Shown here one piece after another: positions 1 through 13,700 of a stretch of 64,000 nucleotides of DNA. The translations under genes were made by a program, and so were the position numbers. The DNA lies in the NCBI GenBank assembly GCA_043228905.1, contig JBHGNT010000015.1, positions 2,232,001 to 2,296,000 of the forward strand, given 5' to 3'. The first letter of the stretch is position 1. The number at the start of each line of letters is the position of its first letter. The stretch comes from Azolla caroliniana (Eukaryota; Plantae; Polypodiophyta). The notes beneath the pieces are model-generated. The model had not been told where the DNA came from and ran no database searches. It saw nothing but the letters and a program-made list of their open reading frames with translations.

Positions 1-453
1 GTGGACTGGAGAGACGAGATGAGCCGGGAAGAGCTACTGGTGGCGAGGGTTTGACAGCTCGAGCGAAGACCGGAGGACATAGAGCAGGCAAAGGCGAAGC
101 TGCATGCGGCAAGGGAAAGGAACAAAGGCCGGTTCGACCGAACGCACCGGCTACGACCAAAGAAGATCGAGGAAGGCGACTAGGTGCTAGTGTACGACAG
201 CAGCCTCGACAACCAGCACAAGGTAGTGCGTAAGTTCACGAGCAGGTGGTTCAGGCCCTACGCCGTAACGAGCGCGAACAACAACGACACCTACCATCTT
301 GCGGAGCTCAACGGGACACGGATAGCGGTGTCGGTAGCCAAGAAGAGGATCAAGTCCTTCAAGAAGCGGCATGAAGGCGAACCGGACCCGGTAAGCGTGG
401 GCGACGGCAACGACTGGACCGGAGCAAACGACGGTTTGGAGAGCGACGGGTGA
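1..453 (+). pseudogene. 3' end of a Ty3/gypsy integrase (degenerate), same family as the element at 55806-62372
   Basis: Frame 1 reads WRDEMSREELLVARV*QLERRPED...RFDRTHRLRPKKIEEGD*VLVYDSSLDNQH...RWFRPYAVTS. This is collinear with the C-terminus of ORF 60334-62442. Two in-frame stops. Confidence 0.85.
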
Positions 454-527
454 CCGCGAGCCAGTTTTCTCCAGTATTTGTCCCTCTCTGGTGCATACCG
501 GTGGATGCGTGGTTTGGTGGGGGTGGA

Positions 528-1113
528 TGTTGTGAAGAAAATTGTCCTTAGGAGGAATCGATGAATAAGACGCATGAACCAGCCCTTACACGCGAGCACA
601 AGTATTGATAAGATGTACATAATTAGGAATAGGTTGGTTGAGGTAAATATACTAGGTAGTACTCATTTATTAGCTAGGAAATCGATGCGTATCTCTGTCC
701 GAAGGGACAGAGAATAAAGATGATGTATTTAGGATGTGACGGCCCTCCTCGACGACCTATAAAAGAAAAAGGGAGATGGCTGAAACATCTATCGCATTTG
801 CGAGGACGAAGTGTTGTCGGATTGGGAACCGAGCACTCTTCTCGTTTTCTTCGTTGAGCTCTGTAGGTTTTGGTCGGTTGCCTCTCCTCGAGGGAGAAGC
901 CCGTGCACTTTGGCAGAGGCTCCACTACGTGCTCTATGTGTGTGTGGGTGTTTGTGTGTGGTCTCTCACGGGCTTGCCGGTTGTAATCTCGAAAAGCATT
1001 GTATTTGACTAGTTGTCTTAATCGATTCCTTGCTTGTGAGTCCTCTATGTATTTGTGTGTGTGTGTGTCGACATTGTGTGTTTGTGTGTGGGACGTATTT
1101 GTTATTGTCCTCA
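528..1113 (+). mobile_element. 3' LTR of that Gypsy element, nested in a Copia
   Basis: A purine-rich tract GGTGGGGGTGGA precedes TGTTGTGAAG at 528 (compare TGTCGTGAAG at 55806). CTATAAAA TATA near 757. The sequence switches to Copia coding DNA at ~1114, so the right end is approximate. Confidence 0.6.
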
Positions 1114-2280
1114 TGAGTTTTCCCTTTTTTCCGATATGGCTGAGGGAACTTCTCCGACATGTTCGATCGGGTGTGGAGTGTCATCTCCGATTTCAACCAC
1201 TCCCGGTTCCTCCGATTTCTCTAGATATGAGAACCATTCTTCATGGCTCGTCATATGGTTTGATGCTCCGGAGTCAACATACCACACCTCATCCAATTGT
1301 TAGGTGGTCTTCTTCATCGAGTTTGCCTTGTGCTTATTCACAAAGGTTGGCCCTTTTCTAGTCTTTCCGGTTACTGATCCTTCCGATCCTTCAGCGTAGT
1401 GCGAGCTTTTCCGACTCGCTTGTCCAACCTTGCCGGATCTGGATTTGTCCGAATCGGCGCGCTTCTTCCAACACTCGCTCTCCCAATGGCCCTTCTTACC
1501 ACAATACTAGCATTCCATGTCTCGGCCTTTGCTTGTCGATTTCCGGCACCACCTTGACTCCCCCTGCTCGCCACTATTGCGTGCCAATCCACCTCGTCCG
1601 CCACGCCCACGAGGCCAATCCGCCTCAATTTGTAGCATCTGGTTGTCCAATTGAGTAGTCTTTGACCCACTCGCATGGTTTTCTTCGACCATTAGCATCA
1701 ATTGCAAGTCGAAGAAGGACGATGGTTTCTCCTGGGTGCATATCGTTGTCCAAATTGGCCCATACCTCTGCACTAGACCATCGAGGTAGATCTACACCAT
1801 TTCTTCTTCATCCATTGTTACGTTGATGGACCCTAGTGCATCACAGACCTCCTTTACCTTAGTGGTGTAGTCGGTGACCGACATGTCCCTTTATCGAATA
1901 TTGTTGAGCTCTTGCCGAAGCTGTAACTTCCGGGCAGTGGTACTAGAGGCGAAAATCTTTTTGAGATTTTCCCAAGCTTCCTTCGGAGTCTTTGATGTAG
2001 CCAAGCATCTGATCATACAGACAGGACACGAGACAATACAACACTCTGCTCGTTGCTTGTTCCCATACCAGGAAGTCCTTGTGTGTCGGTTTCGGCGCTA
2101 CCTCGTTAGCTCCTACGACATAACTCCAATACCCGTGTCCAACCAAGTATTGGCGCATTGTGTAAGACCAAGACACAAAGTTGTTTCTTTCGAGCTTCTC
2201 CGTTGGAAACGAGCTTACCATGTGTAAAGAATCGGGTATGATTCTTGTGTAGTGAAAGAGATGTGTGTTATGTGTATGTG

Positions 2281-2673
2281 TGAGAGGAATTAGAGGAGAG
2301 AAGAGAGAATACAAGATATATAGAAAAAGGAATACTCAAGAAGAAGGTGTATATTCACAAGTAGAATAGCAAATACAAAATGAAGCATAACAAGGAGTCA
2401 CAACCGACTTAATATGAAGTATGGGGAGGGTGTTTTATATATAGTCATCCTCTCTCTTCATTAACTAACTACAACAACCACTCTCTCTTGGGGAATGTGA
2501 AGACTCATAGTCATGGGGAATATGTAACTCATTAGTTATGTGTCATAGAATATGATTCTATGACACATAGTTAATGTGTAGCCAGTAGTGGTGTGACTCT
2601 TGACCTTTGAGTAATCATAGATTCTCAAAAGGTGTGTTCACACGTTGCACTATGTTGAGCTTGATTCTCAACA
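2281..2673 (-). mobile_element. Possible solo LTR inserted in the Copia 5' leader
   Basis: Begins TGTTGAGAATC on - at 2673. Has TATATATA and a CT-rich tail, plus a 15-bp inverted repeat at 2537-2569. No clean TSD found. Confidence 0.35.
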
Positions 2674-3176
2674 CCGTGCTTCTATCCATTTCCTCTTCTG
2701 TTTGTTCTTAGCGGGTATTAGGGTTTGTATGTGTTACAACTCTTGTCGGCAACAGAGGATTCTCAACCCTCACGCTCTGATACCATGTAAAAGTTAATGT
2801 GAAGAAGCTTGTAGACACAACCAGCTCAGCTAGATAGCAACAAGTACTTCAATGCTCGTACTAAGCTACTGACACTAACTCCTAGAACCATAACTACCTA
2901 GTAGACTAGGAGTGTAGGCCTCCAACGGCCTACCGGTTCACACATAGGTCTGGCTCTCCGATCTGGACACCGAGATCCGGCTCACCTTACCGGATACTGA
3001 TCTGGCTCTTGGCTTATTTAGCTTATCCGGATCATGTTGAGCTTGTCCGCTCAACACGAAAGAATATGTGAGGACCTGCAAGAATATGTGTACAACAAAC
3101 AACACAGATAGTGTATAGATATACAATAAGGTAGAAGGAGATAGACACGATTAAGCTCTAATGGAAGCTCTGTTAT

Positions 3177-3180
<4 letters not shown>

Positions 3181-3236
<56 letters not shown>
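3181..3236. repeat. (CT)n microsatellite
   Basis: Pure CT dinucleotide run inside the putative LTR. Confidence 0.95.
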
Positions 3237-3242
<6 letters not shown>

Positions 3243-3294
3243 GTTATGGTTGGCTTATATACTCAAGCCCCTAACTTGAGAACTTGTTCACACT

Positions 3295-3394
3295 AGAAAT
3301 CATTTGAAAAGCATGATCGCCTACCAGTTCCAGGGTTTCTGCGTTCAGTCAATCTACGCAGAGTGAATCGGTCCCTAAGGAACCCCGAAAGGGC
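3295..3394 (+). pseudogene. Mitochondrial large-subunit (26S) rRNA fragment (NUMT)
   Basis: TTTCTGCGTTCAGTCAATCTACGCAGAGTGAATCGGTCCCTAAGGAACCCCGAAAGGGC matches my recollection of land-plant mitochondrial rrn26. Only ~100 bp, with unrelated flanks. Confidence 0.7.
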
Positions 3395-6300
3395 AACATG
3401 ATTTGAATCTTCCTCCTCAATCCAAAATTACAACTTATTGAGCCTGTATTTGCTCAACAGATCCAAGCAACCAATTATGATTGGAAAGGCTTTTTCAAAG
3501 GATACAAAGTGGAAGGAGATGGCCTTTTATGCCAACAATAATATCTTTTTCTTTAAATTCCTCAATGTAATTTTTGCAACACTTGTACCAGTCAAAACAT
3601 GCATGTTTTAGATCATTAGTGTATTCTTACATGCTTTCTCTAATTCCCCATGCTTAGCATTGTTATGAGAAAAACATAAAGTTGATAATATTCCTCTTGA
3701 TAAAGTTGTTCTTTCTCTTATTGAAAGTCTCAAGCATTTTGATAATGAATTTCTTTGTAAGCATTTCACTATCACGTCACTAATTACTATCTTAGTTTAT
3801 GAAAAGGATATTAAACACACGCAACAATTTATCAAACATTGGTTTTATATTCATGCATATGGTTTTCTACCCCCTTCTTGTTTGAATATTGTGTCGAGGG
3901 GTATGTTGAAAACATGAGACTAATTATTGAGGATCATAGATTACTTAGGATAATATGGTGGGTTAACACTAATGAAGTTACTCATATTAATGAAAGTAAA
4001 AAACTAGAATAAGGATTTGATTTATTAACACCATATTTGTGCAATACTTGAGCTCATTAATACCATATGCATAAGAGATAAGATGCATCCACATCGGTTG
4101 TCTCATCAATCTTCTCACAATCTTATAGGCAATGGGCATCACATTAGACATATTGCTCATAAATTTCTCAACAAATCCACCTATGGTTTTCTAATTTATT
4201 TATTTATTTTCCAAAAATATGGTTCTCTATATTGATTGATGAAATCTAGATTTTGTTGATATCATAGGCTTTCTAGATTTATAGATCAATCATTTCCAGC
4301 ATTAAGTATTCAAAGACAATTAGGTTACATCAATTTGGTTTATGAAAGTTTATAAAGGCCAAGATCCTTGAGATCCATGTCAAGTCCACTTCACTCTTCA
4401 TAGTTATTAGTGATCACGCTTTCTATCAAGTTGCTCAATTTTCTTCAAACTCTTTTCCAAATGATTGATTATGTTTGATGCGTTGAATTATAATTTTACA
4501 TTATCATTTAGTCATATGTGAATGGATTTAAATAAGAATTAAAAGAAGAAGAAGAAGAAAATCTTGGTTGTTGGTTATCTAGTGGGGGAATGTTAATTGC
4601 TACATGATAAGGTTACTAGTATAGGATCAAAGGTGAATAGAGCTTCATAGAGACTAAAGGGGCCTCCAACATAGCCTTTTCCGTACCCTACCCCTCTTTA
4701 TACAAACCCTTGTTTCATGTGCAAGCGTGGTGTTGTCAGTTTCTTTGTTGTTGTTGTATGTTAAAACAACCCTCACCAAGCAGTGGCTAAATAGAGTATT
4801 GGGATGTTGAGAGTACTAATCCCACTCTATTTGTTTTATTTGCTTCTTATTTATTCCTTAATCGGTAGTTGGAGCTTCTTGTTGCATGCTCTCTTCTTCT
4901 CTTTACATTGTCAATTGTTTTTACGAGTAAGTGTGAGGGAATGTTTCATTGAGTGAATGCACAGGGAGTGGTTTGGAGATCGTTGTTCGTATGCTAGCGT
5001 GGAGCATGTTAAACAAAGATGCCATCACAACCTACAAGAACAACAACAATTTAAAAAACTAGAATCAAGATTAATAGCAAGAGTGAGCTTCAATATTGTA
5101 GCATTAAATGAGAGTTGATGCACCTACTAAGAAAAGCGAAAAAGTTACTAAAAGGCTCAAGGCGGAGATGCAAAAGATAGGGTAGGTTTTTGAAATCTCA
5201 TATTGGTTTAGACGACCCACATTATTTGTGAAAGAACCTAAAGAATAGTTTAGTTCATACGGAACAAGTTTTTCACAAGGTGATGTCTAAATATGTGGCT
5301 TCAATAATGGAGATGTCCATAATTATGAGAATAAACAAGGCATAAATTCTTCATGATCGAACCTACTTGGCCAAGAGCCTTTAGGATAGATTTGTGGTGA
5401 TATTCTCTTTCCGAGGAAAGAGGAAGGATCAAATCCACTAAAAAGGAAACCGAAGATCTACAAAATCAAAAGTGTGGGATCATGCATATTAGATGGGTTA
5501 TGAAAAGGTGGTAAATCAACGAAATGTTTTTAGAAAAAGATCTATCTCAATTGTCTTGTTTCACGAGCTCTTGTCTCCATGCCATTGGTCTCAAGGCATC
5601 TATCTATAAGCATAAAAAGGGCAAGAAAGAGAGGATTTGTGTCACCCACTCAAAATTTATTTCCTTTTGTCATCTTGCTAATCATGTCATCTTTCACCAA
5701 TAATGCAAACCAAGATAATTTCAACCTCCTCCATGATGGAATTGCCAAGGTGGAAGAGAAAAAACCTAAACCGTAGATTGAAAACAAACGAAAATGATGA
5801 CCAAAATAACGTACGTCTCTGAGTTAACTAGCCACAAAACTTGGGTTGCATTATTATAATCCCCCCCCCCACTTATACATATGTGTAGACGTGTACACGC
5901 ATCCAACATACAAAGATTTTGACCATGCTTTTTGGTTCTAGGCCACGCAATGTTCTTAAGGCAAGAGGTTAGGAAATTCACGAGAGTTGGAACGTAGATT
6001 GTAAATGGGAGTCAGTGTGGATCGATCAGAAAAAAGCGAGACTTTTAGCATGCATTGACATAAACCAAGCAATCGCCCAAAGACTGTAAGGCCCTACCAG
6101 AGAGTACGCATTAGTCCTATGTATGTTAGGAAATCGCCTAAACATTGTGAGGCTTGCCAGAGAGAGTACGCATTAGTCATCTATATATGTATGTATGTGT
6201 TAGGAAACAGTGAACAGACTGCCTCGAGTGGGAGGGAAGGAGGGAAGAGAAAAGAAGAAAATGCATGCTTGTTTCCACTGCACACTCGGACGGGTCCGTT

Positions 6301-7120
6301 TGTTCGTCTTCGAGAAAAGGGTCACATGTGAAAACGGGTTGGTCAATCGGGTCGGTCGGTCGGTCGGTCAAGAAGCAATTCAATTCTACCAAAGAAGAAG
6401 AAGAAAACCTAGGATTGATTGAAAATAATTAATTAAAATAATTAAATAGACAATAATTATTATTATATTAAACGTACGTAATATACTCGAATGCATTGGC
6501 AAATATTCTTTTTCATACGAATGCAAAAGAATGCGTATGTTATCGAAACATTCTTACGTTTTTTTTTTACACTTTACCTTAACTTTCTGACCTTAAAATA
6601 TTTTACCTTATAAGTTATAATTATTAAGAAACAATGATTACAAAAGCATGGTATTTACCATATTTGAAGGTGTTTACCATACTCGAATGATTTAAAACAT
6701 TCTCGAATGCGAATGCGCTATGGGTCATACTATGATTTATAAGAAAAGAATAACGAATGAGAGGGTGCCGCGTGGAAAATATGGAACTTTATTTTTTTGA
6801 CATTTTTTGTTTTTTTTCTCTTTTTCTCTTTTCCTCTGCTTTGCCTCGATCGACTCTGTTTCGGAGAAAGACATATAAAAAGCTCCATGAAAGACTCTGT
6901 TTCTGAGAAACAGAGAGATCACTCACACAGAGCAGATCTCTCTGCCCCTCTCTCTCTCACTCTCTCTCTTTAGATCAATTATCAGATATACATACACACA
7001 GATCAATCCCGCAATTAGACCCTGCCCTCACAAATTCCGGTTCCCCCATTTGAATTCTCTGTAACTGCACACAATCTATATCCATATATCGGGCTATTCT
7101 TGTTCTGGTTTTTGGTCACC

Positions 7121-7311
7121 ATGTTTGATCAGACCTCTACCCTTTCCCCTGTGATGATAGGTGAGACCGACATGGGCGTGTCGATGCAACAGCATGCCTT
7201 GCAGTGTGCATCTCATGCCCTTAACCTCCACAAAACCTCTTCAGATTTCTTGCAACAAATTGCACGATCTTTGAAGCAGGTAAAAACATATATTCCGTGC
7301 CAATCTTTTTG

Positions 7312-7343
<32 letters not shown>

Positions 7344-8555
7344 TGTATGTATGTATGTATGTATGTATGTATGTATGTATGTATGTGCCTCTATGCATAT
7401 GTGTCTCTGTGAATTTTCCTCTAAGTTTATATGTATGCGTCTCTATGCATGTCTATATGTATATGTATGTGTGTAAATTTAGGACCTGAAAGTATTTTCT
7501 GGTGGGCCTCCTAATTCATGTATGTTGCACCGTATGTGAAAGAAAGAGATTGTAGATGTCGGGTTTCTAAGATTTCTTATGTATTCAATGGTGGGTTATT
7601 TACATAGAAATGGCTGCAATTTTTGACAGATTGTCAAAGATGTAATGATGAATCTGGATAAAAATTTATGTGTATTCTTGATCATTTCTTTGGAGTGCAT
7701 GGTGATGGACAGTGTTAGGGTGAGGATTGTAAGTTCAACAATGATGAAGGAGATGGTGGTGGTGATGATGATTTGCATGTTATAGGATGACATTTGATGA
7801 CGTTATTCAAACATTCATTATCATTATATGTTTGCCATATCTGAGTGCATGTATTGAGGATGACAGTTACTGGGGTTAATGATGTAAGGGATGGATGGAT
7901 GGATGGTTAAATGATGATGAATCATGATAGATGAATTGGTGGGCAACAAATGAATGAGATTAGGATGATGATGATGATGATGATGATGAAGATAGGGACA
8001 ATACAAGGATGATGATGATCATCATCATCATTATATGTTATGTATGATTGGATGGTTGGTGCATGATGATAAATATGTTGTATGTATGTATGATGATGCC
8101 TGAGTGAATGAATGTATTGAGGGATGATAGTTACTGGGGTTAATGATGTAATGGATGGATGGATGAATGAATGATTAAATGATGATGAATCATGATAGAT
8201 GAATTGGTGGGCAACAAATGAATAACATTAGGATGATGATATGCTATGTATGATTGGATGGTTGGTGCATGATGATAAATATGTTGTATGTATGTATGTA
8301 TGATGATGCCTGAGTGAATGAATGATCATGGGGATGATGATGATGATGATGATGGTATGTATGGTGATGTATCTAAGTATGTATGTATGTACGCAGGAAT
8401 TCGACAAATGCTATGGTGATGGATGGCAATGCGTGGTGGGTACCAATTTCGGCTCCTTTGTCACTCACACACATGGCAACTTCATCTACTTCTGTGTAGA
8501 CAAGCTTGCTTTCCTCCTCTTCAAGGGCACACCTGCCTGTTGTGTGCATCATTAG
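7121..8555 (+). CDS. Dynein light chain type 1 (LC8/DLC family), 105 aa, 2 exons
   Basis: Exon 1 7121-7279 (..ETDMGVSMQQHALQCA..IARSLKQ|gt). Exon 2 8397-8555 (cag|EFDKCYGDGWQCVVGTNFGSFVTHTHGNFIYFCVDKLAFLLFKG). Phase-0 GT-AG intron and the LC8 signature WxCxVGxxFGSxVTH. Confidence 0.93.
7317..7385. repeat. (TATG)n microsatellite in the DLC intron
   Basis: Tandem TATG array. Confidence 0.95.
7841..8325. repeat. Imperfect ~250-bp tandem duplication with ATG/GATG microsatellites in the DLC intron
   Basis: The blocks AGTTACTGGGGTTAATGATGTAA, GAATCATGATAGATGAATTGGTGGGCAACAAATGAAT and GATTGGATGGTTGGTGCATGATGATAAATATG each occur twice. Confidence 0.85.
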
Positions 8556-10770
8556 CCCATCCCCCAAACCCTTGGATACATCATGAAGGCAAATGGATTT
8601 GATTGGAAAAGCAGAAAAGCAAGGAAACCCTAAACCCACCTCCATAATGCCCCACCCCACCCCCCCATTAAAAAATTTTGACTCTCCCCAACCAAGATGC
8701 AAAAATCCTTTCCACTTGTGTACATTTTTTTTTTTTTTAAAGGAATTTTCTCATCTCATCTGCAATTTTTCCCACACACATCCATCTGGTCCCGGTCGGT
8801 CGCTCGGTCAGATGCAATATGAAAAACAAGACTTGTGGTCAATACTTTTCACCAAAAGATTTCCATGCACATTCAATCAATTGGCTATATGCAATATATG
8901 TGGACTGTAATTGATTGATATTCATTCATTCATTCATTATCGCCAATGTTTTTGCACAATCTTATGGAAGAAATTCATTCATTCCAAAATCCAATCCATT
9001 GAAATTAAGACACAGATGTGTGGGTGGTATGGTATCTTGCATACAGTGGACGTGCATATCTTGAGGTTATGGCTTTAATCACATGGTCAGCAGTAACCAT
9101 ATGCTCTTAGAATGTACCATTTGTAGGTCTTATAGCTTTTCTCCTCACGAAATAATCGAACATGGTCTTCATGGAATGTTTGAAACATGATGAATGTTAT
9201 TTATGGACAGGGCATTCAATAATCCGAATCCCTCCAGGACAATATTGGCGATGAGCTGTAAAGAAATGAATCTTCCGAGTCGAAGTTGTGAATGATGTGG
9301 TGTTGCACAAACACATTTTCCTTCAACTAGCAACAATTTTCAATTTCAATTGTTGTCATTTTCTATAAGGTGAAATGAGGAACTCCATCCATTCAATTTA
9401 TTTCTTTTTCTTCTTTTTCATTTGTTCTTTGTGTTAGTAGTATAGATTACTCCAGATCTTCTTCTTTTGATATGTTCTTTATTAGCAAATTGTCGTTTTT
9501 CCTGTAGGATATTCTGCCTTGAAGTAAGCGATGGAGACATGGATACTTTTTTGTGAAGAACATGTATGCATTATATCCACAAATCAATCTATGATCGCAT
9601 TATATCTTAGCATATCATAAAAGGAGTGTGCCCCATCATGTGGTGTCCATAAAACTAGAAACATTTCGATCTCTCAAAAAAGCATTGTTCTCATACCTTA
9701 AGTTAACACCCCGTCTAAAGGGAACCTATTTCGATAGTAATAGATGAATACACTTTATTTCAAAACACTAAAAGGTAATGTGGTATATTCTTGTAAATTT
9801 CCTCTTGGTTTGATCATGAAAATGAAAATTTTGAATGTACGAGAAACTACATCTTATGTATGGTGTTACATGGTTGTAATTTACTATAAATGTGGTAATA
9901 GTGTATTGAATGCATGTTACAATTTCAATCTGTCACCTCCCCATATACATAAAACAATCTCTCATGTAGCTTGCTACCTTCAAAACAAGAAAATACAGAA
10001 AACATCATTTGCATTTAACACATGTCTCTAATTAGAGATCCATATAGCCAGTTGTCACTCTATAGAATTAGGATGACACTGTTGGGTAACTAGGGACCTA
10101 TATTGCAATAGGGATTAAAGAAATGGGGTAATGAATTCCGGTTATGATTACAAGGATCTTAACATAGCAACCAAAAAGGGAACAAGTACATTCATCAAAT
10201 CTCCAATGCATCATAAATTCACCCAGAATTATTCCCGGTTCAAGATCCATGAAGTACAGATTGCTCGCTAAAATGTTATGGAAAGCTACACCATTCTTCC
10301 ATGGTGAATGATTTCATACACGTGGGAAGGTTAACGCAGGTGTGTTACAGAGTTTGGTGGGGATACAGTAGAGAAAATTTTGTATCCTCAGAGTCTTGTG
10401 CCTTCATTTTATAACTAGACCAAAATTGTTTCAGGCATCGATACAGACTATGCCATCCTTCCCATGTTCCATGTATAAGATTTCCATGTTAGCTCGTAGC
10501 TATTGAAGAAATTTGGCCTTTTTACAATGAGAAAATAGCATTCCAAAATCTTTGACATTCTCTACATCAAACTCGCGTATTTGCTTCCAACAGAGGCTGG
10601 AAAAGTTGAATTTGATGACATAGAAGACACAAGACACAAATTAAACAACTTATATGGGCGAATGAATGAAGATTAATTTTCATTAAAAAAATTGAATGTT
10701 CCATTGATAGTTTGCTCAAGGTAAAGTCTTGGTTCCAAAATTGTGGGTTGAAGATCATAAGTCACACCTT

Positions 10771-13700
10771 CTACACAAGGAGTGGAATTGATACAGAAGC
10801 ACAAACTCCAGCTTCTTTTGCCTGTACATGAGATAGGAGTATATATATCATCTATATATCTTATAACCAAATCATTAACAATCTTATAACAAGTCATTAC
10901 CTATCTCATAACAAGACATTGAGTATCTAATGACACGAGTCATCAAACATATTATTGTAACATGTCATTGAAGTTCTTATTATAACAAGTCATTAAATTA
11001 CCTTATTCTAAAAAGCCGTTTAAGAAGGGATACCTGTTTCTCCCAATTTATGCGGATAACAAGGAATAGAAGAAAAACTGTTTGAACCAGAGCACCAGAA
11101 AGTATGCCCATCCAAAGCCCCTGCAAAATTCCTCTGAGGTTTATTTTTTGTTTTGAAAAGGTTTTGTGTGACCCATATATGCATTATAAGCCTTTTATTT
11201 AGTGAAGACCATCACAACTTATTAGAAATATTGAGAATCGAGTAGATAGGTATATAGAGTTACAACTGCAGAGATGGATATATGAAAACAGAATTTCTAT
11301 TACATATGAGAGTAGTTCAAAATGGTAGTTTTCCCATGCGCTCACACCTTAGAGCTTAGATAGGATATGGACCGGCTCACTACAAAATTAGTGGGGACTG
11401 ATGATCAATCAGACCACTGTGTGAGAAAAGTGACTTATAATCTATGTTTGGTCTTAGTATAAATGTGCAAGTCAGTTGACAGTAGTGGAGATATTCCTTT
11501 TCTGTCAACTGACTTGTCATTTAATATGACCCAACTCCCTAGGTACAGGCTAGTGCTAGATAATACTTATCTTGAAGTCAATGACGCATACTTCAAGACT
11601 AAGTACATCGTAACTTGCCCACAAAATATTCTAGCTGACTTGATTAGCCAATCCTTTTATCTATTTCTCTCTTTCCTAAATATATTGTGTCCTACGTATC
11701 TACGGTTTCCTAGATTAACACCTTATCGACCCATATGGTCGAGTTGCACACTAGCCGCTCCTCATTTGGGGCGCTATCACAAAATGTGCACTCTAAGAGC
11801 ACATATGGGGATAGATTTACAACTTGGGGCTGATCATTGATTATATCTAACACGCCCCCTCAATGATCAACCCATTGAGTTCACTTGGAATTGGGCCAAC
11901 ACCTAGTCGTCGAAGGTGTTGTTGCAACTGTTCTGCTCCAAGCGCCTTTGTGAAGATATCTGCAGCATTTTCTGATGTTGGACAGTACTCAAGCTCCACA
12001 ATCTCATCATTTATTAGCTCCCGCACATAGTGATACTGAATCTCTATGTGTTTAGTACGTGCATGAAATACGGGGTTCTTGGCAATGGCCATGCAACTCT
12101 GATTGTCACACCTCAATACCGTTGCCGTCCTTATTGGGACTGCCACATCCATAAGGATTCTTCTTAGCCAAACTACCTCGCATGCCGCTATGCATGCTGC
12201 TTTGTATTCTGCCTCCGTTGAAGATAGTGCCACTGTTGGTTGTTTTTTACTACTCCATGAAACAGCTCCAGATCCTATTGAAAAACAATATCCAGAAACT
12301 GATTTTCTGGAATCACTATCTCCAGCCCAATCGGAGTCGCAATATCCACTAAGTTGGTCAATTGTTGGCTTGTAGAAGATTCCATAATTTAAAGTACCCA
12401 CAATGTACTTTAATACACGTAGAGCAGCTTTCCAATGAGTCTCCTTCGGCTTGTTGCTGAATCGACTCACCACATTGACTGCAAAACAAATATCCGGCCT
12501 AGTGTTGCATAGGAAAATTAGACTTCCTACTAGTTGTCTATACTTCCTTATGTCAACCATTGGTGATGAGTCTTCTTGGGATAGCTTGCAGTTTGACTCC
12601 ATTGGAGTCGACTTCGACTTGCTGTCCATCATCCCGAAGGTCTTCAAGATCTCTGTTGCATACTTTCTTTGTGACATGAAGATGCCGACCGAGGTTTGCC
12701 AAACCTCAATTCCAAGGAAGTAGTGTAGAATCCCCAAGTCTGTCATTTCAAACTCAGTTTTCAAACACTCTTGTGTTTGGCCAATGCACTCTTCATGGTC
12801 ACCAGTAAGTACTAGATCATCCACGTAAATGATAATGATGACTTGTTTCCCGTCCTTCATTTTGACATACATACTTGCATCCGAAGCACATTGCTTAAAG
12901 TCGATTGATCGTAAGAAGCTGTCTATCCTCTTGTTCCAAGCTCTTGGTGCTTGCTTTAGACCATATAGTGCCTTCTTCAGCTTGCAAACTTTGTTTTCTG
13001 AATTCGGTATCTCAAACCCCGGTGGTTGTGTCACATATACCTCCTCCTTGAGATGCCCATTCAGAAATGCTGATTTGACATCCATTTGATAAATCGGCCA
13101 TCCTCTTGAAGCAGCCAACGCTATGACCATTCGAATTGTTGTCATGCGAGCTGTCGGGGCAAATGTTTCTTGTACATCGAACCCTTCAATTTGGGAGTAT
13201 CCTTGCGCTACTAGCCTGGCCTTGAATTTCTCCAAAGAGCCATCAGCTTTATACTTTACTTTCCATACCCACTTCGTGCCTATCACCTTCTTCTTTGTTG
13301 GCCTCTCTACCAACTCCCATGTGTCATTTTTCATGATGCTATCATATTCTGATATCATCGCCTCTTTCCACTTCGGGTCGGCCATAGCTTCCTCCACCGA
13401 GGTCGGCTCACTCACTGAGCCTATGATGTCCACCATCAGAGCCATGTTGACAATGTGGTCAAAGGTTCTTCCTTGCTCCTGTATTCTTCTTGATCTTCGT
13501 AATCCATCAGTTGAAGTTTCAGGAAACTCAACTTTAGGAGTATGATCATTGAAGAGTTGTTGAGCCCACTTAGGTATTTTCTTTACATGTGGGACTGGCA
13601 TAGGCTGAACTAGTGAACCATTACCATCAGATGGTTCAGCTTCCTTTTTTGGATAATGGGTCGGGATTGGGTAAAATACTTCTTCAGTTGATGAGATAAC

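Larger units (their letters stand above)
1114..3292 (-). mobile_element. 5' half of a degenerate Ty1/copia element (LTR, PBS, gag and protease remnants)
   Basis: tRNA-iMet PBS (TGGTATCAGAGC on -) at 2774-2785, with a likely LTR at ~2786-3292. Gag fragment FPTEKLERNNFVSWSYTMRQYLVGHGYW (1943-2314) and protease WYVDSGASNHMT (1111-1296). Frameshifted. Confidence 0.8.

Noticed and set aside
3400-5560. Degraded LTR-retrotransposon remnant (PPT-like AGTGGGGGAA-TG at ~4581-4592, PBS-like sequence at ~4862)
   Set aside because: Too decayed to assign domains or boundaries by eye.
9482-9517. Alternative last MATE exon (AEYPTGKTTIC*)
   Set aside because: It has a weaker AAG acceptor. The exon at 10821-10771 has a CAG acceptor, lies closer and starts AKEA like typical MATE terminal exons.
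11463-11840. 125-aa ORF duplicated at 16288-16665
   Set aside because: It is an antisense open frame inside the two Copia LTRs. The duplication only reflects LTR identity, and the ORF has no recognisable domain.
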